A stretch of DNA of 63,940 bases, the filler included, from Octopus bimaculoides (lineage: Eukaryota): assembly GCF_001194135.2 (NCBI RefSeq). It is 6 parts of 6 records of this genome, joined end to end, with 100 filler letters (N's around TTAATTAATTAA, not from the genome) between each part and the next. Parts side by side here need not be neighbours in the genome. Positions count along the whole stretch, not along the records: positions 1 to 24,831 come from NC_069002.1; 5 more parts are not named here. One strand, 5' to 3'. The translations under genes and the position numbers were made by a program. The notes beneath the pieces are model-generated. The model saw nothing but the letters and a program-made list of their open reading frames with translations. It was not told the DNA's origin and did not search any database. Of this stretch, positions 1 through 13,850 are shown piece by piece; position 1 is the first letter of the stretch, and every line of letters starts with the position of its first letter.

Positions 1-33
<33 letters not shown>

Positions 34-474
34 CATACATGCTTATACATACGTAAATACATATATACATACCTACCTACATACATATAGAAATGACTAA
101 ATCTGAAACGGTTGCAAATAGTTGTATGTAAATATTTGACCATATATATAAGCATATAACTGTTATCTCCCAAGACATGATTGTATATAACATTAGCAAT
201 TCCGACCGGATACCATCAAGACGTCATGAAATATTTGGACAGCAGACTTCGTGGAATTTCGACAGCAAATTCCTGAGGAATTCATAAGCAAAGAAAATGT
301 GAACGTTGATCTAATCCCATGACTTCGGGCATTGTAACAACGGTTTAGCAATTTAAGCCATATCGATGACAGATTTTATATTTACACGTCGAATTATCAT
401 CACCTTCGTCAGTGTGCACGGACATATACATACATGAAAGCACGCGCACGCATATACATGCATACATACACATA

Positions 475-515
<41 letters not shown>

Positions 516-1294
516 NNNNNNNNNNNNNNNNNNNNNNNNNNNNNNNNNNNNNNNNNNNNNNNNNNNNNNNNNNNNNNNNNNNNNNNNNNNNNNNNNNNNN
601 NNNNNNNNNNNNNNNATATATATAAATACACGCATATATACACGCATGTAATTATGCATATGTATCATCATTGGTGTTAAATGCCTATATACTTCGACAC
701 ATCATCCACCACATATCGAGCTCTTTATCGCAGAGTCACGAACATAAAACTTATATATTTCTCCTGCAATTCCCATTTCTTCAATTCTCTTGGTCAAGCA
801 AGTGAGCTTACAGTTCGTGATTCGCACAAACAAGTTTGCCTGACGATACACATACACGTACACATTCACACGTACACACGCACGCATAACACACATACAG
901 CAACGCACTCGCACATGCACACACACTGAAGCACTATGCACGCGTGAACCCATATCGAACCATAATTACATCCACACATTTGCTGCAAACAATAAAGTTC
1001 ACACTTTGATATACGCATGTGTAAAGGGTATCACACATCCGCACGCACAGGTACACACACATATACACATGCACACACGCACGTACACAAGCTCACGCAT
1101 ATATAGACACTTAGATACGTACATGCAATAGAGTTTTCGACGCCTTATAGAATTTATTTCAAGTAATCGAGCGGCCCTCACATGAGGAGCTTGAAATGAA
1201 AATGCAAGATCAATGGGGTGACAACATAGTGAAGTACTGTGATATCCTGTCAATATGTGAGGACACTGGTACTGAGGCCCTCCACTTCACTAAG

Positions 1295-1970
1295 GTGGTG
1301 TGGCCATGGTTCAAGAATGGGCGATGATATGATCGCTAAACACGTCGTTTTCGTGAAACTTGAAAAATAATAGAGGGAGATCTGATTGACCTGCACTACG
1401 TTATAAAGTTAAACTAAAAGATAACGTAATGAACATACATGATTGGAAGTGGAACAAGCAGTCGAAGGGGTTGGAGATGCCAAAGTTATAAAAACTTGCT
1501 AACTAGGAGATATAAAGTATCTTTTGTCATAACACGTTGTGAAAAACATAAAAATTACAAAGACATTATTTTAGAAGTGGTTTTGAATGTAGTGGCAAAA
1601 AGGGAACAATCAATACTAAATTTCACTGCAAAACCTGCATAGGGAAAGAGACCTATCAAGCTAAAAAGATATTGGAAGTTCATATTGATAACGGTATGAA
1701 AGATGGCTAAGCATTTCGATTTCCTGGTGACGGTGATCAATTTCCAAAAATGGAAGCAGGAGATTCCATCATAGTTTTGGATGAACAAGATGATGAACTT
1801 CTCCGTCGTAATGGAGCTAATCTCTAAATGCCAATTGCATTGACCCTTACAGAAGTCGTATGGGGGTTCAGAAAACGATTCCCACTCTAGTTGATCATAT
1901 TTTAGTTGGAATTAGTTTATCCGGTCAGAATTTCATCCAAAAGAACAACGTTATAGGTCTCAACGCCCTG
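1295..1970 (+). pseudogene. DnaJ subfamily A (Hsp40, DNAJA1/2-like) decayed intronless pseudogene fragment
   Basis: Manual translation gives [108 protein letters not shown] and, after a frameshift, QKTIPTLVDHILV. This parallels the DNAJA zinc-finger end and C-terminal domain ([40 protein letters not shown]...). In-frame stops and frameshifts; no introns seen. Confidence 0.85.
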
Positions 1971-2099
1971 ATGCTTATGATGATGATGAGGAGGAGGAAG
2001 ATGATTACATGGGTCAATCCCGAGTTCAGTGTGTCTCCCATTGATAGTTATCACCTTTAAAAAGATGTAAAAGAAAAGAAAAACCTTTAGAGTTTTATT

Positions 2100-2352
2100 C
2101 TATTCCATAACGTGCTAGTGACTGAGCAGTCCACGGGTACGTGTATACTTAACGTAATTCACAGTGGGATTCAGAGAAAGAGAGATGGTGAAAAGGCTAG
2201 CACTTTGATGTAGAGATACATATAATTTTTGTCAGCTGAGTAAACTGGAGCAACGTTGAACAAAGTGTTTGAGCAAGGACACAACGCGCTGCCGGGAATC
2301 GAACTCACGTCTTTATGATATTGAGCAGAATAACCTAACCACTAAGCCACCC
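2100..2352 (-). mobile_element. tRNA-derived CORE-type SINE, degenerate
   Basis: Reverse complement begins ggtggcttagtggttagg (A box) ... gagttcgattccc (B box), then gttgtgtccttg...acactt...gttgctccag. Same head as the copies at 6925 and 29552. Confidence 0.7.
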
Positions 2353-2741
2353 GCTTACACACACGAAAATATTTCTCTTCTTGCAAATTAGTTTTGTCCT
2401 AATTTTGGTTATGCGATCTGGTCACATGATGGTTTCATTAGCCATTTTATGTGTCCATGCTGTTGAAAATAACTTTAATTCGTACCATTGCAGTGGTGGT
2501 CATCAGGAGGAAGGAATGACGTGTTAAGTAAATATATGTAAATAGCAAGAAAATATGGTGAATTAGTTTATTATATGTATATGTGGATGTCATGTGTTGG
2601 TTGTTGATGTGTTTTTCCAGTCGAACTGGGTGTGTTTGTTAGAATGCTGTTCTTCTTTTATCAATTTGATTTACGTGGTTTTCTTCGGTTTTATTTACTG
2701 ATCATTGAAACGTCGTTTTTCTAAGAAAGACGCCATAAACA

Positions 2742-2742
2742 A

Positions 2743-2791
<49 letters not shown>

Positions 2792-2885
2792 GTCATCATC
2801 ATCATCATCATCGTCATCATGATCAACATGATCATGATCATCCTCCTCCTCATCATCATCATCATCATCATCGTCTTCATCATCA
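2742..2885. repeat. (ATC)n imperfect microsatellite
   Basis: Direct inspection; source of the poly-D/M/I ORFs. Confidence 0.95.
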
Positions 2886-3703
2886 TATATGCTTAGGACG
2901 AAGCAGATTGAGAGGCAACAGAGAGTTAGAGAAATTGAGACAGAGAGAGGGAGAGACAAAGAGGGGAGAGATATAAAGTATATATGTTTCCTCTTTCGAT
3001 TTTGTATTGAGCAATCCTGGGTAATGGATACACAGTGAATCATGATTTCCATAGAACTTGACCAACTTAAAACACTGTATATTTGCATTTGTCTTGCTCG
3101 CTTACGTTCTGGCGTTTGCTGAATTTTCTTGAGAACAATCTTTTCTTGGTGGTCAGACCATAGGTGGTCTTCTTCTAGCATAATGGATGTTCACTTAGTG
3201 GTCGTCCCTCTTATATGTATATATAATATATATATATACGAATTATATATGAAATTGTAATACATTTTTGCATCCCTGTATTCGAGCATGCATGTTTTAT
3301 TGTATTGCAATATGGTACATTTTAATCGAGAAACCCATAACAAACATTAATGTTTACTTTAGTACTTAAACCCGATTTATTGCACAAAACTGCACTAGCG
3401 TTCCTCTACTTTGCAACATAATTACAATAGACTCTCAATGATCGATCTGGCTTCAAGTTTTATTCGATTAATCTCAAAGAGATCACACAATATACTGTTT
3501 CGCCTTGAGAGAGAATATCTCTGAAGACAATATAATTTTTCATGTACAGCATTTCAAAAGGAAATGATATAGACCTGACCGTTATGTCTATGATATTTCT
3601 GCTTAAACCTAGCTGACTTTAGGTCAAACAACTCGCATCAACACCGAAAACGACGCTCGATAGTGTTGCTATTACTAGATAACGAGCGCTGCCTGAATGC
3701 TAT

Positions 3704-4092
3704 CATTGTTGTTGGCACTCCGTCGCTTACGACGTCGAGGGTTCCAGTTGATCCGATCAACGGAACAGCCTGCTCGTGAAATTAACGTGCAAGTGGTTGA
3801 GCACTCCACAGACACGTGCACCCTTAACGCAGTTCTCGGGGATATTCATCGTGACACAGTGTGACAAGGCTGACACTTTGAATTACAGGCACAACAGAAA
3901 CAGGAAGTAAGAGTGAGAGAAAATTGTGGTGAAAGAGTACAGCAGGGTTCGCCACCATCCCCTGCCGGAGCCTCGTGGAACTTTTAAGTGTTTTCTCTCA
4001 ATACACATTCACAACGCCCGGTCTGGGAATCGAAACCGCGATCCTATAACCGCGAGTCCGCTGCCCTGACCACTGGGCCATTGCGCCTCCAC
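3704..4092 (-). mobile_element. Full-length tRNA-derived SINE (family B here) with target-site duplication
   Basis: Minus strand gcgcaatggcccagtggtcagggcagcggactcgcgg...ggtttcgattccc (A/B boxes), with an (AAC)n tail. TSD aatgctat at 3696-3703 and 4093-4100. Near-identical copy at 34513. Confidence 0.9.
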
Positions 4093-5084
4093 AATGCTAT
4101 AATTATTGACGCTGTATTACACAGGCTCCACAACCATATGGAGTGAATGCGGAATTGGCTACTTACCACGAAATAACACCCGAATTACCTTATATCGTTT
4201 CCTTATATCATCCTGAGACGAAATACATGAAAAATATCCATGTATCATTTGCTCTAGAATGGTTCGTGGCACGTACCATATTTTCCAGTATAGATCTCGA
4301 ATATTTCAGACCTAAATTTACTAAGGAGAGGGTTTTGTAGTACCAAAAGTTCCATGGGCAAAGCAAAAATTTAGGAAGAGTTCGTGACAATGCTTGAATG
4401 CTTTCACTACATGCCAGTATAATATATTGCGTCGGCATGTACCCCGGAAAATAAGGTATATTTCTCACCTCTATCGAGAAGGACCAATACTGCATCGGAT
4501 CTTTATCGCCAAACACCTTGCAGTTAGATTCGAAAGAGCTGAAATAGGATGCGGAAGAAATTTAACCTGGCCCTATAACAGGTGCTTAAATCGAGTATCC
4601 TTAAAAGGTGTTAAAAAAAGAGAAATCCAAGAAACTGTTCTGAGATAAATTTGAACGAGAAACCAAAATAGCGAAACGCAGAGAGTGATTGGTTTTTAGA
4701 ACAGTTTAACAACTGGACCAATTCAATGCTTTTTTTCAAGCCATAAGAAAAACAGATATTAAGCCAACACAGCCACAAAATTAGAATAGTTTACTTCTAA
4801 CAGGCACGTCGAAATCATTAAATACGTAAAAGTCTGTTGCTTTTGTATATGAAGCAGAGGAAATGTGCAGCCTTTCGAAATCTCTCAGCCACCCTTCAAA
4901 TGATTAACAGCCATCGGTGAAAACTATAATTGGTTCCCTTCGAATTTCACGGTCAAATTAAAAATCAAGTTATTAATCTCAGAATGACCGAGAAACGGGA
5001 TTCCTCATCAACGGCATCATATATGTGTCTTCATGTATGCATCTATGTATGTGTTTTTTTATAGCTTTACACACACACATGTAA

Positions 5085-5123
<39 letters not shown>

Positions 5124-5642
5124 TAGAATCACCTACATCACTCACACATATACACAAGTAGACCCAAAGGATATGCCTGTTTAAAGGAAGTGAGGATTAC
5201 TGCGCCTATGGCCATCCCTGTATCCAAATATAGCAATGAGTTAGGATGCAGCTTTTGGTATATGTGTGTACATAGATGTCTTTCGCATTTCCAACGTATT
5301 CAATATATAAACATCTACATATCTTTGTTCCATAATCTATCTCTCCCTTGTTATCTCACGTGGTCAGCATTTCCAAGTAACTACAGAAATTGCCAATAGG
5401 ATTTCTGTAAGATCCATCAAGTTATCTATCAAAGGCAGAGGTAGTACCAAAGTAGGAATTTTATTAGTGTTTTGGGTTCTTATCACAGAGACTCAATAAC
5501 AATGACTGCCGCGTCTTCCGTGTAGCTACAAAATACTTATGCGACGAGATTAGAAATTATCTATAGGGTACAGGGAAATCATAATAAATATCATTTATAC
5601 ATGTGTGTGTGTTTGTGAGTGCATCTCACTTCTTCCTCTCTC

Positions 5643-5680
<38 letters not shown>

Positions 5681-6924
5681 NNNNNNNNNNNNNNNNNNNN
5701 NNNNNNNNNNNNNNNNNNNNNNNNNNNNNNNNNNNNNNNNNNNNNNNNNNNNNNNNNNNNNNNNNNNNNNNNNNNNNNNNNNNNNNNNNNNNNNNNNNNN
5801 NNNNNNNNNNNNNNNNNNNNNNNNNNNNNNNNNNNNNNNNNNNNNNNNNNNNNNNNNNNNNNNNNNNNNNNNNNNNNNNNNNNNNNNNNNNNNNNNNNNN
5901 NNNNNNNNNNNNNNNNNNNNNNNNNNNNNNNNNNNNNNNNNNNNNNNNNNNNNNNNNNNNNNNNNNNNNNNNNNNNNNNNNNNNNNNNNNNNNNNNNNNN
6001 NNNNNNNNNNNNNNNNNNNNNNNNNNNNNNNNNNNNNNNNNNNNNNNNNNNNNNNNNNNNNNNNNNNNNNNNNNNNNNNNNNNNNNNNNNNNNNNNNNNN
6101 NNNNNNNNNNNNNNNNNNNNNNNNNNTATATATATATATATATGTATGTATGTATGTATATTCTGTTGTGTCTGAGGAGAGTCACTCTCTAACAGAGCAT
6201 TATAAAAGTGCATTATAATTTAACACACGCACTGGTAAAATTTCCACTCATTTATATATTTATTTTTCTAAAGTTTTCGTTGTGCCTTTTCAGCAGTTGC
6301 TGACCCTGCCCATTATTTACGCTCCAGCCTTTTAGTGGCATTTACCAACCAACGAGTTGTAAGTAGGTGTTTTGTAATTACAGCTTAGTGTATACAGAGA
6401 TGACTGTGTCGGAGTTGGATTCTTTCACTAATCAGTTAAGCTAATCCTGAGATATAGGAGTTATGTGGTTTATATAGATTTGACTGGGGATTCTCAGTTT
6501 GTGGAATAAAACATAGACTTTGTTAGTATTCTTATTAATTACTTTTGTTCTCATCTACAATTTATAGGTATTGAGCTTGTAGAATTCAATTCATCTGGAA
6601 GTCCATTTTCAGCATCGGTGAATTCTTAGCAATAATTTTTACGAATTCATTAATTCGTTTTGGTTAAGTTCATCGGTAGATATATATGCCAATCACCTCA
6701 ATGAAGCTATGATATTTAATTAAGTTGTTTTACTCACCATGTTTTTCGGTTACTAATTGTATTAACGCCTTGAATATTAACATGTACTTACAATCTGTGC
6801 CGCTGCATGTCAGAGCTATTGAAATTCTATGCTTCGTATGTTGATATCTTGTACATTTTGGATTAACTGTTTGGTTAAAATAAATGATTGAATAAAATGA
6901 AAATGTATGACTATCTAGGCAGGG

Positions 6925-7210
6925 AAGAAGTATGGCTTAGTGGTTATGGTGTTCGTCTAACGATCGTATGGTTATGAATTCGATTCCTGACGGTGCGTAG
7001 TGTTCTTGAGCAAGATACGTTATCTTACGTTGCTCCAGCCGATGCAGCTGGCGAAAATGAGTTGTACCTGTAATTCAATGGACCAGCATTGTCACATCCA
7101 ATCTGCCTCAGGAATACATTAAGGATCTGCGTGTCTGCGGACTGCTCAGCTGCTTTCCGTTCCGTTGATCGCTTCGACTGGAATACTTAACGTTGTAACC
7201 GTCGGAGTAT
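6925..7210 (+). mobile_element. tRNA-derived SINE: CORE-type head plus family-B-like 3' end
   Basis: tggcttagtggtt A box, gaattcgattcc B box, tgttcttgagcaagatac..gttgctccag core. The 3' part (gtaattcaa..cagc.ttgtcaca..ttccgttgatcg) resembles the 3704-4092 tail. Confidence 0.7.
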
Positions 7211-7755
7211 CGGTGTTTACATGTAGGCAGTGTGCATGTGTATGGTGTGTGCATATATGTACTAATACATAGATACAGAGAGAGACAGAGATAGATATAG
7301 ACAGACAAATATTCGATGCATTTATATAAGTATATATATGTATATATGTACATACATATGTGCTCACACATACATATACAGATTCAATCTCTCTCTCTCT
7401 CTCCCTCTCTCAAGCACAAACGCATATAATAACGAATATTAAAACTGTGTCACAAATCGATTTTACACTTTACTACTTAAATTTATTGTTTCGTCATGGT
7501 GAAAAAAATTTAAATTGGTGAAAAAAAAATTTAGCATTGCAAAATGTTTAGCTCATTACATATCCGCTATTATAAAAATTTCTATGGATATTTGTGGATT
7601 TTCATATATTTCTGTGGCAGAATAAATGATGGGTCTCCAATTTCCGGTTTTGTCTGATTGCCAATATCCGTGGATTCCCCGAATACCGTAAAAACCAATA
7701 TTATATCCCGATAAATTATAATGAATAAATAAATAAATAACAACAACAACAGTAA

Positions 7756-7836
<81 letters not shown>

Positions 7837-8059
7837 TAATAATAACGGGAAAAACAACAACAGCAGCAGCAACGACAACAGCAACNNNNNNNNNNNNNNN
7901 NNNNNNNNNNNNNNNNNNNNNNNNNNNNNNNNNNNNNNNNNNNNNNNNNNNNNNNNNNNNNNNNNNNNNNNNNNNNNNNNNNNNNNNNNNNNNNNNNNNN
8001 NAACAGCAACAACAATGAGAGACTGGGAACAATTTCAGGATTGCCTGAATGGAGGAGTA

Positions 8060-8760
8060 ATAGCAAATTGATGACTAGAAGGAGAAGTGTACTCCTTATG
8101 AAATACAATAGCAAGGTAATACAGTTAGTAGTTATAGACCAATCGCTTGCTTATTATCAGTGTGGAAAATGTTAACGGGAATGCTTTCAGAAAGCACTTA
8201 CGAGATCACTGACAGCCAGAATTTGCTGCCAGAAGAACAGAAAGGTTGCAAGAAGATGGCTAGAGGAACGCATGATCTATTATACATAGACACGGCAGTT
8301 CTAAATGAAGTGAAATATATAAAGAAAATTCTAACAACAGCAGGGATATGTTATAAGAAAGCTTTCGATATGATACCACACTCATGGATAAGGGTATGCT
8401 TTAGTATATTTAGTATTGCAAGGAGCATAAGACTATTAATTAGTTTTAGCATGAAGAAATGGAAAGTAGATCTTTACTCAGGTGACACAGTCATAGAGAA
8501 GATTAATATCAAAAGGACAATTTTCGAAAACCTCGTTATAGTCTCTAAAACTAGTCAGTACAAGACTGAGTGGAATTAACTGAAGTATACATAGTTTCCT
8601 ATGTAGATAACATTGGAGACAGTGTATCAAAAGTTGCTAGTGTCACAGTAGGAAAAAACCTTGAAAAACAAGAAAGATCATGTGACTGGCAAGGGAACGC
8701 TTTGCATGGTTTATTTCCAAAGAGAATTGCAAGAAAATGCAGTCGTGAAACATAGTTATG
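8060..8760 (+). mobile_element. Non-LTR retrotransposon RT fragment, R4/Dong-like, decayed and internally deleted
   Basis: SYRPIACLLSVWKMLTGMLS...LLPEEQKGCKKMARGTHDLLYID...YKKAFDMIPHSWI...MKKWKVDL, then WQGNALHGLF. These match RT subdomains and the W..K.LHG motif of R4/Dong-type elements. Confidence 0.8.
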
Positions 8761-9139
8761 GTTGCGGAATTTGTTTATGGTCGCAGGGTTATGGTCGGAT
8801 GGTCATGGTCGGATGGTCATGGTCGCAGACAGTTTTCCTTTGTCTGGTAGATGTAGCGAAAGACGTTTGATAGTGATCCAGGTTGAAAGGACTGAAGACA
8901 GACACTTTCCTCTTCGGCTAATTTTCAAATTTCTCTTCGAATGAAAGATGAGAGTAGAGAGAGAAGTGCTCCGGCCTTGTGTGGTCACACCCGCTACTGG
9001 GGAAATCGCATTGTTATATTTTTTCTTCTTTAATGTTTATTGTCCTAATTGTTTACAGGTTGTTTTGTATAAACTCCCGTTGTCCCCATCCAGTGTATTG
9101 TCCTATATATGTCAACCATAATGACCAATGAATGAAATT

Positions 9140-9151
9140 GTTATCATCATT

Positions 9152-9195
<44 letters not shown>

Positions 9196-9203
9196 AATTA
9201 TTA

Positions 9204-9264
<61 letters not shown>

Positions 9265-9266
9265 CA
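9140..9266. repeat. Compound (ATC)n-(ATT)n microsatellite
   Basis: Direct inspection. Confidence 0.95.
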
Positions 9267-9390
9267 TTTCATCTCTTCAATGTCCAGTTGAGAACGGGTC
9301 AATGCGTTCGATTAACCTCCTCCCTGTAAATTTCAAGCCTTGCGACTATAGCGGAAATGNNNNNNNNNNNNNNNNNNNNNNNNNNNNNNN

Positions 9391-9444
<54 letters not shown>

Positions 9445-12400
9445 GGAGTGTGTAAATATAAATATTTATATATAAATATATATGTGTGTCTGCTAGTGTG
9501 CGTGCGTAATTTTATTAATTGTTCGTATATTACAAGATGACGTGCTATTCCGACTCTCGCTTTTAGACTGAAGATTCGTGTTTTTGTCGTATCGCCTTGT
9601 TATAAGACAACAAAATAAAACAAATACGCCCACACTATCACAATGAGTTCAATTCTAACTTTAGTGTCCGTAATCACGCTACCTCTGTACGTAATCGTGT
9701 GTACTTGTGCACTTATATGTAGCTTTGCACTAACATAACCTGAGTTTATTTTCAATTTTAATTTGTTTGGATCGATAAATGTTTTTTCTCCTTTCACGAA
9801 CGGAAATGGCAGAGAGAGATAGAAGAAAAAAAATAGGCAGAAACGCTGTGTTCGCTGAAACGTACATTGTTTCCTAATGAATGCATTTTATTACTTTATT
9901 TGGCTCCAGGAATTTCGTTCACTTCAAATCAGATGTGATGGGATCAATTTCAAAACTTTTTATACTAAACCACAATATATAATTTAGGTTTCCATTTTTT
10001 TTTCATTTCCCTTTCTTTCAAGTTTCGAGCCATCTAGGTTCGGCCACGCTGGAGCACCATATGAATGTGTTCTTCGTGATTATCAACTGTGGCAATGCGT
10101 TTTCAGCTATTTTGCCGATATTTTTTCGTCGGTGCGCGAGATAGTGACACAACGTGATACGTTTAAAATGAACTCAGACTCTATACCATGGAGTCCATAA
10201 AAACATATATATATATATATATATANNNNNNNNNNNNNNNNNNNNNNNNNNNNNNNNNNNNNNNNNNNNNNNNNNNNNNNNNNNNNNNNNNNNNNNNNNN
10301 NNNNNNNNNNNNNNNNNNNNNNNNNNNNNNNNNNNNNNNNNNNNNNNNNNNNNNNNNNNNNNNNNNNNNNNNNNNNNNNNNNNNNNNNNNNNNNNNNNNN
10401 NNNNNNNNNNNNNNNNNNNNNNNNNNNNNNNNNNNNNNNNNNNNNNNNNNNNNNNNNNNNNNNNNNNNNNNNNNNNNNNNNNNNNNNNNNNNNNNNNNNN
10501 NNNNNNNNNNNNNNNNNNNNNNNNNNNNNNNNNNNNNNNNNNNNNNNNNNNNNNNNNNNNNNNNNNNNNNNNNNNNNNNNNNNNNNNNNNNNNNNNNNNN
10601 NNNNNNNNNNNNNNNNNNNNNNNNNNNNNNNNNNNNNNNNNNNNNNNNNNNNNNNNNNNNNNNNNNNNNNNNNNNNNNNNNNNNNNNNNNNNNNNNNNNN
10701 NNNNNNNNNNNNNNNNNNNNNNNNNNNNNNNNNNNNNNNNNNNNNNNNNNNNNTATATATATATATATCTTTATATATAAATCTCTTGTCTAAAAGACCA
10801 CAGGTTAGAATCGAATCCGGAAATATGTTTTTGTCACAATTTTTTTAACTATTCAACCATACTTCCAACGATATCAAACTAATGATTTCGTTTCAAAAAT
10901 CGATTAGTCTTGCCGTGTGTTTTTTTCTTTTAATTGGCCTTATCTCTAGTCAATAGGAACCAATAATATAGAAATCATTTTATAGTTTGTTAATCTGATT
11001 CCCTTACGTCCTGCTGGCTTACAGACATGTTCATTCTATCCATTTATTTATTTATTTGCATGTTTATATCATTATTCATTTATTTATTTATTTGCTATTT
11101 CTTATCTCGGTTTCTCATTTAATTTTGCTGCTGTTCTAGAATAGACCATATCTTTGATTGCGTTCTTTTTTCTTCTTTTCAAAATAAATAAACTACAAAG
11201 CGGAACCCACACACAGAAAGCATCGCATGCACAGACACACGTACGCAAATACAGTCATACAGTAATGAAACTAAGCAACAAAATGAAATAATAATAATGA
11301 TAAAATTACAGTGAACTAATAAAAAAACACAGAGCAGAAATTAAAAATTAAGATTATCACGAAACAGGTATTGCCGAAAGCCGTTATGTCGCGTATAAAA
11401 CAATTCTTCCTTCCACTAATCATTGTTTGAATATCTATCTACTTATTGTATTATTTATTTAATTATTTCTCTTGTGTGCTTTGTTTTATATACACTATCA
11501 TTTTGTTTTTTTGTCTTTTTCTTATAGGACAATTTGAAAAATTCGATTTAAATTACTAGTTAATGGTAGAATACTATGACGGAAAGAAATACATAAAAAT
11601 AGATTTAGGTTTTCTTGTATTTTATCTCAAACAACACTAGTAACAGCAGCTTCTATGACTTCTTGCGGAGATTAGATGCTAATAAAACAACATGATTTTT
11701 AAATAATTAATTTAATGACATGTAACTATTTTTTTTTCTTTTTATTTGTTGTTTCGTTTTATGTGACACACTCTTTTAAAGTTTCCGCGATTTCCATAGA
11801 TAGATCTTATAGTTATTATGTCATTCCTGAAGTAAATCAATGAAATGTTCTAAATAAAGTAAAAAAAATATAACAGTGGGAACAAAGCCATGAGCCTCCC
11901 CTTAATACCCAACTGTGATATTATTCTCTGGTTAAAATGAAAGGCACAATAATTTCATGATGCAGATACTCAGTTCCTGGAAGAAAAGCATTGCTATGAT
12001 CATATATGCAATCTCACACTGTATGTGTGCCAGGTCAAGGTATAGAGTTCTACATACATATCTGTTTTTCAGATTACCAACTATTTTCTAAGGATATGAT
12101 TATAAAGTTCGCCAAAAAAGAAAAACAATGACTTCCATGACACTTTCCATTCGTTGTTTGTATTTATTTATTTTTGTTTTATCCAATCAGTATCATGACA
12201 CAAGTTTTCAGAAATATGCGACGTGTCTATAAGAAAATTATCCAAGGATAACCTAAATGAAACTAGAAATAATAAGAAAGTGAAACCTAAATTAAAATTA
12301 AGTATTGGAATCGTGCACTGGAACCAATTCCATCTATCATTTGCAGATCACCAGACGCATCGGTACAGATACAGTTTGTATTTCATACAGAGGATGTAAC

Positions 12401-13115
12401 AGATTTGTTTTAAATATATGAATTATTTTGTAGATTACTAATTCTATACTCTATTACTTGTAATAATTTTATTCTCTTACATTCTACAGTGATTGGGCTG
12501 CGGGCATAATGCTATACTATGATTGAAGGCAAGTTAAATTGGGTATGATTTTTTTATGTCCGGTACTTATTCTATCGGATAACCATTAGTGAACTTCTAA
12601 GTTATGATGGGACTATATATATATATACATAAATATATGTATATACACACACACACACACACACANNNNNNNNNNNNNNNNNNNNNNNNNNNNNNNNNNN
12701 NNNNNNNNNNNNNNNNNNNNNNNNNNNNNNNNNNNNNNNNNNNNNNNNNNNNNNNNNNNNNNNNNNNNNNNNNNNNNNNNNNNNNNNNNNNNNNNNNNNN
12801 NNNNNNNNNNNNNNNNNNNNNNNNNNNNNNNNNNNNNNNNNNNNNNNNNNNNNNNNNNNNNNNNNNNNNNNNNNNNNNNNNNNNNNNNNNNNNNNNNNNN
12901 NNNNNNNNNNNNNNNNNNNNNNNNNNNNNNNNNNNNNNNNNNNNNNNNNNNNNNNNNNNNNNNNNNNNNNNNNNNNNNNNNNNNNNNNNNNNNNNNNNNN
13001 NNNNNNNNNNNNNNNNNNNNNNNNNNNNNNNNNNNNNNNNNNNNNNNNNNNNNNNNNNNNNNNNNNNNNNNNNNNNNNNNNNNNNNNNNNNNNNNNNNNN
13101 NNNNNNNNNNNNNNN

Positions 13116-13850
13116 TATCGCCTCTTGGAGCTAATCCACGGCAGCATTCGTCCTATAGTTGGGAGAATGCTGAAAAGCTGTGGGCCCCTGAAACCCAGGA
13201 TGTTGGAGTAACTGGTCCTGAAGCGCGATGGCATGGCTGGTATCTTTGGCACTGTGCAGTGTCGACCCGTTCTGGCATTGGTGTAGCTTTCAATGCTAAA
13301 ATTTGGCACAGTTCCTTCCAGGATTTTCCAGATGCATATTACTGCATACCTCTCCTGCCTTCGCTCCAGGGAGTAGAGTCTTAGCTGCTTCAGGCTTTTC
13401 CAGTAGCTGAGGTGTTGGAAAGAGACGATCTACTTTGTGAAGCGTCGCTGGATTGTTTCAAGGTCCCCTGTTAATTTAACACTGTTGGGCGACCATAGTA
13501 GTAATCCAGGCGGATGAGGACCATCATGGTTTCCTTATCTCTGGTTCTGAATGTTCTCAGGATCTAACCAGCCAGTCGTCTGTACTTTGTCAACATTCTG
13601 GTGATGTGCACTTGGAAAGAGGCATCATCACTCATGTCGATACCCAGTCCCTCACTGATTTAGGCTCTGGAATTGTAATTCCCTGTGGATCTGTTGACCC
13701 TGTAAGTTTCATATTCAGTTTTGGACGCTGGTAGCACCGGGATTAGAATTTCTCAGCATTAAACGGCATATTATTATCCTCAGTCCATCTGTAAGTTGAG
13801 TCTAACTCCTGCTGCATATCTGCAGCAGGAGTTGGGGTTCTGTATTTTCA
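13116..13850 (-). mobile_element. CR1/L2-like LINE 3' ORF2 fragment, decayed
   Basis: Minus-strand translation includes LIRLDY, YWKSLKQLRLYSLERRQERYA..IWKILEGTVPNF..RTGRHC.VP..LGFRGPQLFSILP, typical of the post-RT region of CR1/L2-group LINEs. Confidence 0.75.

Noticed and set aside
2702-3181. 159-aa ORF with a poly-Asp tail
   Set aside because: The tail is an (ATC)n microsatellite; the rest matches no protein I recognise and has no clear splice support.
3990-4090. tRNA-like sequences (also 34513, 29552, 6925)
   Set aside because: They have A/B boxes but no complete cloverleaf, and they continue into SINE bodies; they are not tRNA genes.
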